DNA of 64,000 nucleotides from positions 61,155 through 125,154 of the forward strand of contig PCXL01000011.1 in the NCBI GenBank assembly GCA_002787695.1, written 5' to 3'. Origin of the DNA: Candidatus Zambryskibacteria bacterium CG10_big_fil_rev_8_21_14_0_10_42_12 (lineage in GTDB: Bacteria; Patescibacteriota; Minisyncoccia; Phycocordibacterales; 1-14-0-10-42-12). A program made the translations under genes and the position numbers. Under the pieces are notes generated by a model. The model did not search any database and had not been told where the DNA came from. It worked only from the letters and a program-made list of their open reading frames with translations. Below are positions 46,465 through 56,230 of this stretch, piece by piece; the first letter of the stretch is position 1, and each line of letters opens with the position of its first letter.

Positions 46465-46497
46465 AAAAACAAAAACCGCCTGAGGCGGTTTTTGTTT
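46465..46497. terminator. Bidirectional intrinsic terminator
   Basis: AAAACAAAAACCGCC-TGA-GGCGGTTTTTGTTTT. Confidence 0.75.
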
Positions 46498-46522
46498 TGG
46501 TGCGCCGGGAAGGACTGCGAAC
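46498..46522 (-). repeat. tRNA 3'-end fragment (Tyr-like), inverted relative to tRNA-Tyr
   Basis: Minus strand reads GTTCGCAGTCCTTCCCGGCGCACCA; tRNA-Tyr ends GTTCGAGTCCCTCCTGGCGCA. Confidence 0.6.
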
Positions 46523-46624
46523 ACCTTGGAAACCCACAAACCGGGAAGGATTCGCCCCACATTTTATTTATAGAAACAAAACTGTTAACATTAATACTCA
46601 ACAGGTCAATTGTGAAATATAAGA

Positions 46625-47431
46625 ATGGCTAGACGCTGGACAAAAGAAGAAGAGAAGTATTATCGAGATGAATTAGTAAATTTATATTACTCCAAAAACT
46701 TGAGCATGCATGAGGTAGCAAAGGTTTTGAATATAAAATCAGCTACGGTTTTTGATAGATTGCGCCGGTTACGTATTAACACGGTGCCTCATCTTAAGAA
46801 GGGTTATCGAAACGTTCGCAAAGATATTCGTATCCCAGATTGTCATGATGCAAATTTGGCAGAATTTTTTGGCATCATGTTGGGCGACGGCCACCTTTCT
46901 CATTTTCAAGTAACCGTAACATTGGGAACAAAAGAATATGTGTATGTGCAATATGTAAAAAAGTTAATGGAAAAAATTTTTAAAGTGCCAGTTAAAATCT
47001 CAGAAAGGAAGTTTAAGCGAACGGATAATAAGCATTATACTGTTTATTTTGGTTCAACCGTAACGAGTCAGTGGTTAAAAACTGAGGGTTTAGTAGAAAA
47101 TAAAGTGAAAAATCAAGTCGATGTTCCAAAGTGGATATTTGAAAATAATATATTCATGGAAAGATTTTTAAGAGGGTTTTTTGATACTGATGGATCGGTT
47201 TATAAATTGAGGCACGGCATACAAATTGGACTAACAAACCGTTCACTACCGATGCTGAAATCTTTACAATTGATGCTAAAAACACTAGAATACAGGACGT
47301 CTGAAATCAGTGGTTTTCGCTTGTATATAACAAAGAAGCAGGATCTAAAAAGGTTTTTTAAAGAGATTAAACCGAAAAATCCAAAACATACTGCCAGATT
47401 TCAGGAATATCTCAATGCGTCAGTCGCATAG
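46625..47431 (+). CDS. Free-standing LAGLIDADG endonuclease with N-terminal HTH
   Basis: LY....LSMHEVAK.L; LAEFFGIMLGDG and FLRGFFDTDGS; stop codon lies inside tRNA-Tyr. Confidence 0.9.
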   Translation: MARRWTKEEEKYYRDELVNLYYSKNLSMHEVAKVLNIKSATVFDRLRRLRINTVPHLKKGYRNVRKDIRIPDCHDANLAEFFGIMLGDGHLSHFQVTVTLGTKEYVYVQYVKKLMEKIFKVPVKISERKFKRTDNKHYTVYFGSTVTSQWLKTEGLVENKVKNQVDVPKWIFENNIFMERFLRGFFDTDGSVYKLRHGIQIGLTNRSLPMLKSLQLMLKTLEYRTSEISGFRLYITKKQDLKRFFKEIKPKNPKHTARFQEYLNASVA

Positions 47432-47500
47432 TGGCAATTGCACGAGACTGTAAATCTCGCGGCCTTTTGGCCTACGGGGGTTCGAGTCCCTCCTGGCGCA
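47417..47500 (+). tRNA. tRNA-Tyr(GTA)
   Basis: GCGTCAG/CTGGCGC acceptor stem, CGAGA CT GTA AA TCTCG, variable arm; terminator follows. Confidence 0.94.
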
Positions 47501-47568
47501 CAATAAAGTAAAACAGCTCGCAAGGAGCTGTTTTACTTTGTATTGCTCTGTTTGGTATATTTAATCCT

Positions 47569-48435
47569 ATGTCAGAATCATACTGTTTTCTAAACGGAAA
47601 GATTATCCCTGAAAAGGATGCATCACTACCTCTTTCAGACATCGGAATTTTGCGGGCATTTTCTGTCTATGACGGCATTGCGTCATTTGAGGGTAAACCA
47701 TTTCTTTTTCAAAATCATTACGAAAGGTTTGTGCGATCGGCTACTGCGCTCGGTATAGCTATTCCATACAGTAATGAAGAACTCTATGAGGCACTCTGCG
47801 AAATGCTACAAAAGTCTCACCTAACTGAGCGTGCAAATATTCGCGCGGTTGCAACTGGAGGTACGACTATCGCGGGTATTGAATTTAAACCAGAAAACAG
47901 CACTATATTTTTTACAGCAGTAAATTTTGTACCATTGCCGAAAGAATTTTACGAGACGGGTGCAAAACTTATCACCCATGAGTACAAACGAGAATTTCCA
48001 GAATATAAAACAGTAAACTATATCACTGGTGTACTTCTACAAAAACGAAGAAAGGAAGCGGGAGCAGTGGAAATACTTTATGTGAAAGACGGACACGTAT
48101 ACGAATGTGCAACCAGCAATATTTTTATTGTGAAGAATGGCGAACTCGTTACTCCGCACAAAGACGTGCTTCCGGGGATTACAAAGAAACTTGTCTGTGT
48201 ATTAGCGATGAAAGAAGGGATTGTTTGTAGAGAAGGAGACGTATCGGTCGATGATCTATTTGCTGCTGAAGAGGTATTTATTACCTCCAGTTTCAAAGAT
48301 ATTGTGCCTATTGTGGAGATAGATGGAAAGATGATTAAAGACGGAAAAAAAGGTTTAAAAACGAGGCAGATTATGAGTTTGGTTCAGAATTATCTTGATT
48401 CGCGACAGGGACTTGATCTCCAAACCAGAGTGTAG
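47569..48435 (+). CDS. Class IV aminotransferase (BCAT/DAT-like)
   Basis: FLNGK, EYKTVNY, ECATSNIF, LPGIT and EVFITSS. Confidence 0.9.
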   Translation: MSESYCFLNGKIIPEKDASLPLSDIGILRAFSVYDGIASFEGKPFLFQNHYERFVRSATALGIAIPYSNEELYEALCEMLQKSHLTERANIRAVATGGTTIAGIEFKPENSTIFFTAVNFVPLPKEFYETGAKLITHEYKREFPEYKTVNYITGVLLQKRRKEAGAVEILYVKDGHVYECATSNIFIVKNGELVTPHKDVLPGITKKLVCVLAMKEGIVCREGDVSVDDLFAAEEVFITSSFKDIVPIVEIDGKMIKDGKKGLKTRQIMSLVQNYLDSRQGLDLQTRV

Positions 48436-48446
48436 TAAAGTATGCG

Positions 48447-48618
48447 AGAACTTTTTTCGAAAATAATAGGCTAAGCAAGTCTGAAAATTTTGAGAAAAAA
48501 ATAGAGGATGAGGAGGGAGTTCTAGCACCGCTAAAACAACTGACGAAACACGATTTTTTGCCAAAATTTTCAGGTTTGATTGTCTAAGATTTATTTGGTT
48601 ATTTTCGAGAGAAGTTCT
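48447..48618. mobile_element. 172-bp MITE related to 21315-21499
   Basis: 18/20 TIR AGAACTTTTTTCGAAAATAA; inner IR CTGAAAATTTTG; shared GACGAAACA motif. Confidence 0.7.
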
Positions 48619-48630
48619 AAACACAAAATT

Positions 48631-48804
48631 ATGTCACAGGATAGACTCATAAAACTTGTTACGAAAGGCGACGAAAAAGGCGTGGGCAAAGGTCACACGT
48701 ACTATACCTTTAAGAATAAGAAAAAAGTTGAACGCAAAATCGAGCTCAAAAAATATAACCCAATCGCTCGAAAGCACACCGTTTACAAGGAAGCAAAGAA
48801 ATAA
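48631..48804 (+). CDS. rpmG: 50S ribosomal protein L33 (zinc-free type)
   Basis: YYTFKNKK...[17 protein letters not shown]. Confidence 0.95.
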   Translation: MSQDRLIKLVTKGDEKGVGKGHTYYTFKNKKKVERKIELKKYNPIARKHTVYKEAKK

Positions 48805-48839
48805 ACAAAACCCCAGACATGGGGTTTTGTTTATACTAG

Positions 48840-48911
48840 CGGGTCCACGAGGACTCGAACCTCGAACTTCGGTTTTGGAGACCGACGTTTTACCATTGAA
48901 ACTATAGACCC
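48840..48911 (-). tRNA. tRNA-Trp(CCA)
   Basis: GGGTCTA/TGGACCC acceptor stem, TCGGT CT CCA AA ACCGA. Confidence 0.94.
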
Positions 48912-48927
48912 TGACGGCCCGAGTATA

Positions 48928-49824
48928 TCACAAACGGATTAGATTGAGGATCTTGGCGATTTCATTTTTTTCAATCCATTTAATCTCCTTATTCCTCTTA
49001 AACCACGTCATTTGGCGCTTGGCATAATCGACAATAGCTTTTTCAAGCTGAACAATCATTTTTTCTTTTGATATTTTGTTTTGAAGATAATCGGCGAGGT
49101 ACCTGTATTCAAGCCCGAGTTCACGCATGCGTTTGTATGACAATCTATTCTCATGAAGTCGTTGTGCTTCAGTAACCATACCCTTTTTCATACGAGAAAT
49201 GAGGCGATCGTGGATGCGTTTTTTGAGTTCTTCTGGTTCCGACTTAATACCAATCCATGTGACATCATAAGGAACGTTATTTTTTTGCTTGGGAACTTTA
49301 CCAAGAGATTTTACTATCTCAATAGCACGTATGAGGCGTACTTTATTATGGTGGTCTATTGTTTGTGCGCGCTCCGGATCAAGTTTTTTGAGTGTTTCAA
49401 AAAGTTTTTCAGTACTTTGTTTTTGTAGTTCGTTGCGCAGTTTTTTGTTCGGCAAGACTTCGGGGAATGTTTGACCTAAAAGGAGTGCATCAATATAAAA
49501 ACCAGTGCCTCCGCACACAATTGGTGCCTTACTACGATCAAGAATATTCGTAATGGTTTTGTTTGCATCACGCGTAAACTGTGCAACGGTGTATGTTTTT
49601 TTGGGATCTGTCACATCAAGTAGGTGGTGTGGAACGCCTCGCATTTCGCGTTTTGTTATTTTTCCAGTGCCAATATCAAGTCCTTTGTATACTTGGCGAG
49701 AGTCTGCAGAAATTACCTCACCTCCAATTTTTTGAGCAAGCAAAACCGCGAGATCACTCTTGCCGGATGCAGTCGGTCCGACAATCGCAATTACTCGCGG
49801 TCTTGTTTTTTTCTTGAGAGCCAT
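48928..49824 (-). CDS. miaA: tRNA dimethylallyltransferase
   Basis: GPTASGKS, SADSRQVY, GGTGFY and YAKRQMTWF. Confidence 0.98.
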   Translation of the reverse strand: MALKKKTRPRVIAIVGPTASGKSDLAVLLAQKIGGEVISADSRQVYKGLDIGTGKITKREMRGVPHHLLDVTDPKKTYTVAQFTRDANKTITNILDRSKAPIVCGGTGFYIDALLLGQTFPEVLPNKKLRNELQKQSTEKLFETLKKLDPERAQTIDHHNKVRLIRAIEIVKSLGKVPKQKNNVPYDVTWIGIKSEPEELKKRIHDRLISRMKKGMVTEAQRLHENRLSYKRMRELGLEYRYLADYLQNKISKEKMIVQLEKAIVDYAKRQMTWFKRNKEIKWIEKNEIAKILNLIRL

Positions 49825-49831
49825 TTAGGAA

Positions 49832-50770
49832 TTAATTATATGTGGGTGCAGGCGCGTATGTGGGAGCAGATGTATAAGCTGGTGCATCTCCGTAACTTGG
49901 TGCGGACGTATATGCAGGAGCGCTACCGTACGCTGGTGCTGACTGATAGTCCGGAGTAGATCCATATGTAGGTGCGCCACTGTATGTTGGGGCATTATCG
50001 GACGTTCGCGCATTGCTGTATGCTGGCGCATCTCCATATGTTGGCGCGGTGCCATAGTTGGGAGCATCATCGTATGTAGAAGCATTTCCGTAGGTTGGAG
50101 CAGTATTGTATGTTGGACCGTCTGAATAAGATGGTGCTTCGCCGTATGCTGGAGCACTACCATAACGAGGAGTATTGCCGTAACTCGGTGCTGATTGGTA
50201 GGATGGAGCGTTGCCATAAGAAGGCGCATTTCTATAGTCTGGTGCGTTATCATATGATGGTGCACGACGGTACGATCCGCTATTTCGATACGATGATGTA
50301 CGTGAATATTGCACATTCTTGTATCGAGGCGCTGACTCATAAGCCGGAGCGTCTTCATACGCAATTGATTCGTACGAGTCTACTTTTTCGTATGTTTGTG
50401 TTCGTGTTTCATTTCCTTCACGATTTGTTGCTTCATCGAATGCAGCAACTGCTTCTTCTCTGAAATAGCCGTCTGCTATAAAACGAGGATCAAGAGATTG
50501 TTTCGCCCAAAATTCTGGACAGTCTGGGTCGTCCATATCAATAAGGCCGTCGCCGTCGTTGTCTGATGCATCGGCGCATTTTGGACAGTCGATATCTTCA
50601 AGGTCGGCATATCCATCGCCGTCGTTGTCTATACCATCAAAACACATAGCATAAAGTGGGGCAGGATAGGGCAGTGTGTCGTTTGGAATTTCGGCAATAA
50701 CTAAAGACGGCACTATGACAGAAAGTGCTAAAAATGAGCTAAAAACCTTATTCTTTAGGCTTAATTTCAT
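49832..50770 (-). CDS. Secreted protein with Cys/Asp calcium-binding repeats and a hexapeptide repeat tail
   Basis: Signal peptide; two C.D..DNDGDG..D..D.DC units; about 25 YxxAPx repeats. Confidence 0.85.
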   Translation of the reverse strand: MKLSLKNKVFSSFLALSVIVPSLVIAEIPNDTLPYPAPLYAMCFDGIDNDGDGYADLEDIDCPKCADASDNDGDGLIDMDDPDCPEFWAKQSLDPRFIADGYFREEAVAAFDEATNREGNETRTQTYEKVDSYESIAYEDAPAYESAPRYKNVQYSRTSSYRNSGSYRRAPSYDNAPDYRNAPSYGNAPSYQSAPSYGNTPRYGSAPAYGEAPSYSDGPTYNTAPTYGNASTYDDAPNYGTAPTYGDAPAYSNARTSDNAPTYSGAPTYGSTPDYQSAPAYGSAPAYTSAPSYGDAPAYTSAPTYAPAPTYN

Positions 50771-50831
50771 ATTAGTATATTATAACACTTAATATTATGA
50801 AAATCAAGTGAATCAGGATTTGTATTGTATG

Positions 50832-50875
50832 TGCCACGCGAGGGAATTGAACCCTCATGGATCACTCCACACGAT
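50832..50875 (-). pseudogene. Orphan 3' half of a different tRNA-Leu
   Basis: ATCGTG TGGAGTGATCCAT GAGGG TTCAATT CCCTC GCGTGGC A. Confidence 0.7.
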
Positions 50876-50899
50876 CTGCTTCAGGCTTTGAAAACACGG

Positions 50900-50981
50900 T
50901 GCTGGGAGGGAGAATCGAACTCCCATGGATTGCTCCACACGATTTTGAGTCGTGCGCGTCTACCAATTCCGCCACCCCAGC
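50900..50981 (-). tRNA. tRNA-Leu(CAA)
   Basis: GCTGGGG/TCCCAGC acceptor stem, CACGA CT CAA AA TCGTG. Confidence 0.95.
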
Positions 50982-51075
50982 ATGCGCGTTTAGTCTAGCG
51001 CAGAAGGATATTCTTCTCAACATTTTTGAGTCTAGAGATCTTTCCCGTATAATGACAGAGTAACTTAAAACAGGC

Positions 51076-52071
51076 ATGTCACATTTCTTTCAAGATTCAG
51101 TATTTTGGGTTGAGCTCGATAAGATAAAACCCAATCCATATCAGCCGCGTCGTGAATTTGATGAAGCGGAACTCAAGAGTCTCGCAGACTCTATTCGTCA
51201 GTACGGTCTTTTGCAAGCGCTTGTGGTAACGCGTACAGAGGTTCCGCGTGAAGATGGTGGACTTGCAGTTGAATACGAACTTATTGCTGGCGAGCGACGA
51301 CTCCGGGCTTCTAAAATTGCAGGACTTTCTCAGGTTCCGGTTCTTATTAAATCTGGTGAAGAGAGCGGACTCATGAAGCTTGAGCTTGCCATTATTGAAA
51401 ACGTACAACGAGAAGATCTGAATGCAGTTGATCGAGCACGCGCTTTTGATCGGTTGGCTTCAGAATTTGGACTAAAACATGTCGATATTGCAAAAAAGAT
51501 TGGTAAAAGTCGAGAATATGTATCAAACACGATGCGCATCTTGGCTCTTCCAGATGACATGCTCTCAGCACTTGCAGAAGGACAGATTGCAGAAGGTCAC
51601 ACGCGGCCACTCTTGATGCTCATTGAGCGTCCTGATGAACAAAGAACATTGTTTAAAGAAATTATTCACAAAAAAATGCCGGTGCGTGAAGCGGAACTTA
51701 TAGCGCGCGGTATTGCGTTTGAACGTGCACGAAAAAGAGAGTCTCTTAATGACCCGGAGATTGCAACGCTGGAACATCAGCTCTCAGAGTCACTCGGGAC
51801 ACGTGTTAAAATTGAAGCAAAAGAGAAAGGGGGCAAGATTCATATCGACTATTTTTCACCAGATGATCTGCGATTTATTCTTGAGGCACTTAAAAATCGA
51901 GAAAAAAGAGGAGAACACGGCATGCTCAACGACCATATTGCAAAAGTTGGAGATCAGGAATCACAAAGTGACGGCGAGCATCCACGGAATGTTTCTTTTG
52001 AACCTGAAGAGAAAAAAGAACAGGATTTTGACACCGATGATATGTATTCAATCTCGAATTTTTCTGTATAA
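51076..52071 (+). CDS. parB: ParB/Spo0J partition protein
   Basis: PNPYQPRR.F, IAGERRLRA, ENVQREDLN and HTH. Confidence 0.96.
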   Translation: MSHFFQDSVFWVELDKIKPNPYQPRREFDEAELKSLADSIRQYGLLQALVVTRTEVPREDGGLAVEYELIAGERRLRASKIAGLSQVPVLIKSGEESGLMKLELAIIENVQREDLNAVDRARAFDRLASEFGLKHVDIAKKIGKSREYVSNTMRILALPDDMLSALAEGQIAEGHTRPLLMLIERPDEQRTLFKEIIHKKMPVREAELIARGIAFERARKRESLNDPEIATLEHQLSESLGTRVKIEAKEKGGKIHIDYFSPDDLRFILEALKNREKRGEHGMLNDHIAKVGDQESQSDGEHPRNVSFEPEEKKEQDFDTDDMYSISNFSV

Positions 52072-52228
52072 TATATGAGGATCAACAGATTCGCGCTTCC
52101 TTCATGGGTGGTGGCAAGTTGTCGGGGGACGCTTGCCACCTATTTTTAATGAGTGATATGATAAATCAGTCGGTGCAATGCCGACCATTAGGTCCGGGTC
52201 CCGCGCTACGCTCCACACACCCCCGGAC

Positions 52229-53749
52229 CTATTTTTTATAGTGATTATTATTTTCTTGAATTGCTGATCGTATTTTTCTTCGGGCACTTGCAGTTTTTGC
52301 GTATTCGAGCCACTTAGAAGACGGTTTTGCATTTTTTTTAGTAACAATTTCTACGATATCTCCATTGTGCAATGTGGTGCCAAGGGAAATCATTTTTCCA
52401 TTTATGCGAGCACCAGAAATATGACCACCAATTTCAGAATGAATTGCATATGCAAAATCAATTGGGGTAGAATCGATCGGCAGATCGATTACATCACCTT
52501 CCGGAGTAAAGACAAAAATGCGATGACTGAAAAAATCAGATTTGATTTGGTCTCCCCATTCGTCTTCTCCGTCGGATTCATGTTTTTGATAGTCGACTAA
52601 ATCTCTTATCCAATTCGGCACATCTTCGACGCCATCTTCTTTGGTGGCACCATGTTGTATTGGTTGTGGAGTAATTAGTCGTTTGATCCAGTCGAGTCCT
52701 GGAAGTGGTAACGTGCGGCCGGCTATTTTGGCTTTGTATCGGAGGTGGGACGCAATACCGTACTCTGATTCGCGATGCATTTCTTCTGTTTTTATTTGAA
52801 TTTCTACGATATTTCGATCTCCTGTAAACACAGTGGTGTGAATCGCTCGGTAGCCATTTGGTTTTGGAAAAGCGATAAAGTCTTTGATACGACCTGGGAG
52901 CGGTCTCCACGTCGAGTGGATTGCTCCAAGTGCACGGTAACAATCGCCAACAGTTGGGACAACAACGCGGAGTGCTAAAATATCGTAAATATTCTCGATC
53001 TCTTTTTTACGTCGTAACTTTCGATATAACGAGAATAGACCTTTGATGCGATAATCAGTTTTTATTTGTGTAATACCGGATGTCCCTAAAGTTTTTTTCA
53101 AATTTCTTAAAAATTTCTCGAGACTTTCTTCCATTTCTTTACGCTTTCGCTTGAGTAGACTTTCTGTTTCTCTGTGAGCTTCTGGGTCAATAAAAGGAAA
53201 GCAGAGGTCTTCCAGTTCACGATGCAGTTTCCTAATACCAAGTCTATAAGCAATCGGTACGTATACTTCCATAGTTTCGCGCGCGATGCGTTCCTGTTTT
53301 TCTTTTGGAACATACGAGAGTGTGCGCATGTTATGGAGTCGGTCGGCGAGCTTTACGATAAGTACTCGAATGTCTTTTGACATTGCAACAAAAAGTTTAC
53401 GCAGACTTTCGTTGTGTCTGTCTGATCCACGATATCGTACGTGACCCAGTTTAGTAACACCATCGACAATGAACAAAATGTCTTTGCCGAATTCTTTTTC
53501 GATGGTTTCTGGTGTGACTCCTGCGTCTTCGATAGAATCGTGAAGTAGTCCTGCGGCAACTGTGGTGGCACTCATGCCAAGTTCAGCAAGTGTTTTGGCA
53601 GTTTCGTAGAGATGTACAAAATATGGTTCACCGGAGTTTCTTTTATGCTCTTTGTGAGCGCCTTCTGCGAAATAGTATGCTTTTTCAACAAGTGCAACGT
53701 CTTGAGGTGTGGCGTTTAAAAGTTTGTCTGTAATATCTTTTGGCAACAT
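52229..53749 (-). CDS. rel: RelA/SpoT (p)ppGpp hydrolase-synthetase (HD-SYNTH-TGS)
   Basis: RNSGEPY..H, LLHDSIED, KLADRLHNMRTL, PKPNGY and DFAYAIHS. Confidence 0.93.
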   Translation of the reverse strand: MLPKDITDKLLNATPQDVALVEKAYYFAEGAHKEHKRNSGEPYFVHLYETAKTLAELGMSATTVAAGLLHDSIEDAGVTPETIEKEFGKDILFIVDGVTKLGHVRYRGSDRHNESLRKLFVAMSKDIRVLIVKLADRLHNMRTLSYVPKEKQERIARETMEVYVPIAYRLGIRKLHRELEDLCFPFIDPEAHRETESLLKRKRKEMEESLEKFLRNLKKTLGTSGITQIKTDYRIKGLFSLYRKLRRKKEIENIYDILALRVVVPTVGDCYRALGAIHSTWRPLPGRIKDFIAFPKPNGYRAIHTTVFTGDRNIVEIQIKTEEMHRESEYGIASHLRYKAKIAGRTLPLPGLDWIKRLITPQPIQHGATKEDGVEDVPNWIRDLVDYQKHESDGEDEWGDQIKSDFFSHRIFVFTPEGDVIDLPIDSTPIDFAYAIHSEIGGHISGARINGKMISLGTTLHNGDIVEIVTKKNAKPSSKWLEYAKTASARRKIRSAIQENNNHYKK

Positions 53750-53814
53750 ATCCTCATTGTACTCGGCTTTATATTTTTAACAAAGACTGTCGTTAGCGAC
53801 AGTCTTTGTTGCGG

Positions 53815-56010
53815 TTATTTTTTCTTGGTACGTCCTCGTCTTGTTTTCTTTGGTTCCTTTAATATTTCAAGGGCACGAGGAAGTTCTATCTTATAGACGT
53901 CATCTTCCTTAAGAGATCGGAAGTCGCCGTCATGGACAATATATGGTCCAAAGCGTCCGTTGTTCGCAACAATTTCCTTTCCCGTATCTGGATGATTGCC
54001 AAGTATACGAGGGAGGGAGAGGTAGGTGAGCGCATCGTCGAGAGTGACTTCGTCCATTTTTTTATCTTTGGGAAGGCTGGCGCGTTTTGGTTTTGTTTTC
54101 TTTCCTTTTTCAAGTTCACCCAGTTGCACATATGGTCCAAACCGTCCATCAAGTACAAAGACAGGGAGCTCTGATTCTGGATCAGTGCCAAGCGGTTCTG
54201 CATCCTTAATCTCTTCTCCGGTAATGGTCCGTGCACCTTCACAATCTGGGAAACGTTCACAGCTCATAAATTTACCACCACGGCCGAGCTTAATAATCAT
54301 AGGACTACTACATTTTGGACATTTCCATTTACTGTCTGCTTTACCAAGGTCAGTAATCTTTGGACTATTTTCTTTAGCTTCTACATCTTTGGTGAATGGT
54401 TTGTAAAAGTCGGTAAGTGTTTTGGTGTAATCTCTTTTACCTTCGGCAATTTCGTCCAATTCATTTTCCATTTCAGCCGTAAAAGAGTCGCTGATATATT
54501 TCATAAAATTGTTTTCGAGGAAGGTAGATACCACATCTCCTGTATCTGTTGGAATAAGTGTTCGTCCGTTTTTTTCTACATATCCTCGATCGACAATAGT
54601 TTTAATGATTGATGCATATGTTGAAGGGCGACCGATATCTCTTTTTTCAAGTTCTTTCACGAGACCTGCTTCGGTATACCGATGAGGTGGCTCTGTTTGT
54701 TTTTCTTCGGAATCAAGAGAAAGTAGGGCGAGTGGTTCGCCAGAGGTTACCTTAGGAAGTTCAACATCTTCACCACGTGCTTGTGGGTCGGCGAGCAGCC
54801 AACCAGGAGAAATGACACGAGATCCGGTAATGGCAAAATGAGGAATAGAAGTATCTGTGATGTTTGCTTCTATGCGAGTGCGCATGATCTTTGCGTCCTG
54901 CATCTGTGAAGAAACCGTGCGTTGCCAAATAAGTCTGTAAAGACGCTTTTGTTCGTCAGTGTTACCGGCACCCGTCTTGAGACAATTTGTCGGCCGAATT
55001 GCTTCGTGGGCTTCTTGAGCATTCTTACTTTTAGTTTTATATGCACGGTTTTGATAGAGTTCGCTTCCAAATTCTTCCTCAACGTATTTTTTTATTTGAC
55101 TATACGCAAGACCAGACAGGTTTGTGCTGTCTGTACGCATATAGGTGATATGACCTGCTTCGTAGAGTTTTTGTGCAATACCCATGGTACGAGATGGAGA
55201 AAAGCCGAGGCGAGAACTCGCTGCTTGCTGGAGCGTTGATGTGGTAAACGGTGGACGAGGACTACGTTTCGCTTCGGTTTCTTTTACGTCTGTGATTGAC
55301 CAATCATGCGTCTTACCTTTCTCTAGGATCTCCTCTGCTTGTTTTTTGTCTCTAGGCTCTTCAGAACAGGTGAGCTTTATGTCATCTCCTGATTTAGTTT
55401 TAAATAACCCCTCGATAACATAAAACGTTTCTGGAATGAATGCGCGGATTTCTCGTTCGCGCTCCATCAAAATACGAAGTGCAGGAGATTGCACACGTCC
55501 TGCTGAAAGTCCGTAGCGAACTTTCTTCCAGATAAGACCAGAAAGGTCGTAGCCGACGAGTCGGTCGAGAACGCGGCGTGCTTCTTGGGCACGGCGGAGA
55601 TTTTCATCTATATCACGTGGATGTTTGATAGCTTCTGCTACCGCGTCTTTGGTGATTTCGTGAAAAACTACGCGCTTTGGATGCGAGAGTTTTGCCGCCT
55701 CTGCAATATGCCAAGCGATCGCTTCGCCTTCTCGGTCGGGGTCGGTTGCGAGGTAGACTTCGCTTGCATTTTTTGCGAGTGCTTTGATATCAGAAACTAC
55801 CTTCTCTTTGCCTTTAGAAATTTCGTAGTGGGGGAGAAATCCTTTTTCAATATCAACTGCTTTTTTGTTGCTTTTAGGAAGATCACGAATGTGGCCGACA
55901 GACGCGGTTACAAGAAAATCTCCACCGAGATATTTACCGATTGTTTTTGCTTTAGCAGGGGACTCAACTATTAAAAGTTTCTTGCCCGTTGCGTTTTTTG
56001 TAGAAGTCAT
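53815..56010 (-). CDS. topA: DNA topoisomerase I
   Basis: IVESPAKAKTI, ATDPDREGE, SAGRVQS and ITYMRTDS. Confidence 0.99.
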   Translation of the reverse strand: MTSTKNATGKKLLIVESPAKAKTIGKYLGGDFLVTASVGHIRDLPKSNKKAVDIEKGFLPHYEISKGKEKVVSDIKALAKNASEVYLATDPDREGEAIAWHIAEAAKLSHPKRVVFHEITKDAVAEAIKHPRDIDENLRRAQEARRVLDRLVGYDLSGLIWKKVRYGLSAGRVQSPALRILMEREREIRAFIPETFYVIEGLFKTKSGDDIKLTCSEEPRDKKQAEEILEKGKTHDWSITDVKETEAKRSPRPPFTTSTLQQAASSRLGFSPSRTMGIAQKLYEAGHITYMRTDSTNLSGLAYSQIKKYVEEEFGSELYQNRAYKTKSKNAQEAHEAIRPTNCLKTGAGNTDEQKRLYRLIWQRTVSSQMQDAKIMRTRIEANITDTSIPHFAITGSRVISPGWLLADPQARGEDVELPKVTSGEPLALLSLDSEEKQTEPPHRYTEAGLVKELEKRDIGRPSTYASIIKTIVDRGYVEKNGRTLIPTDTGDVVSTFLENNFMKYISDSFTAEMENELDEIAEGKRDYTKTLTDFYKPFTKDVEAKENSPKITDLGKADSKWKCPKCSSPMIIKLGRGGKFMSCERFPDCEGARTITGEEIKDAEPLGTDPESELPVFVLDGRFGPYVQLGELEKGKKTKPKRASLPKDKKMDEVTLDDALTYLSLPRILGNHPDTGKEIVANNGRFGPYIVHDGDFRSLKEDDVYKIELPRALEILKEPKKTRRGRTKKK

Positions 56011-56134
56011 TGGACTACATTAATACTCTAAATGAAAATGAATTGCAATTCACAAGTGAAATTTAGAAAAAAGAAAACGCCCCGGCACGGTCGCGAATGG
56101 AACACATTCGCGACCGTGCGCCGGTGCGGGCAAC

Positions 56135-56230
56135 TCAACTCCATTTTCTGTTGGTGAGCCAGCGTCCCGTAGGGACGGCGACAAGCACCAGCAGACAAAA
56201 AAAGCCGATGCAGTATAGCAATGGCGGCAT
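56135..56230 (-). CDS. 31-aa hydrophobic peptide
   Basis: GGAGGAGAG-ATG; MPPLLYCIGFFCLLVLVAVPTGRWLTNRKWS*; strong hairpin at about 56082-56124 downstream. Confidence 0.5.
   Translation of the reverse strand: MPPLLYCIGFFCLLVLVAVPTGRWLTNRKWS

Noticed and set aside
48447-48618. Hammerhead ribozyme suggested by CTGACGA/GAAAC/GATGAG motifs in the MITEs
   Set aside because: The motifs overlap or are in the wrong order, and stems I-III cannot be built.
48840-48911. Alternative genetic code (UGA recoding as in Gracilibacteria/SR1)
   Set aside because: Core genes are full length under code 11, several end in TGA (lepB, miaA, dprA, dus), and tRNA-Trp has a normal CCA anticodon.
52075-52230. Small ncRNA between convergent parB and rel
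   Set aside because: Three hairpins are present but can be explained as terminators or repeat scars; no family motif was recognised.
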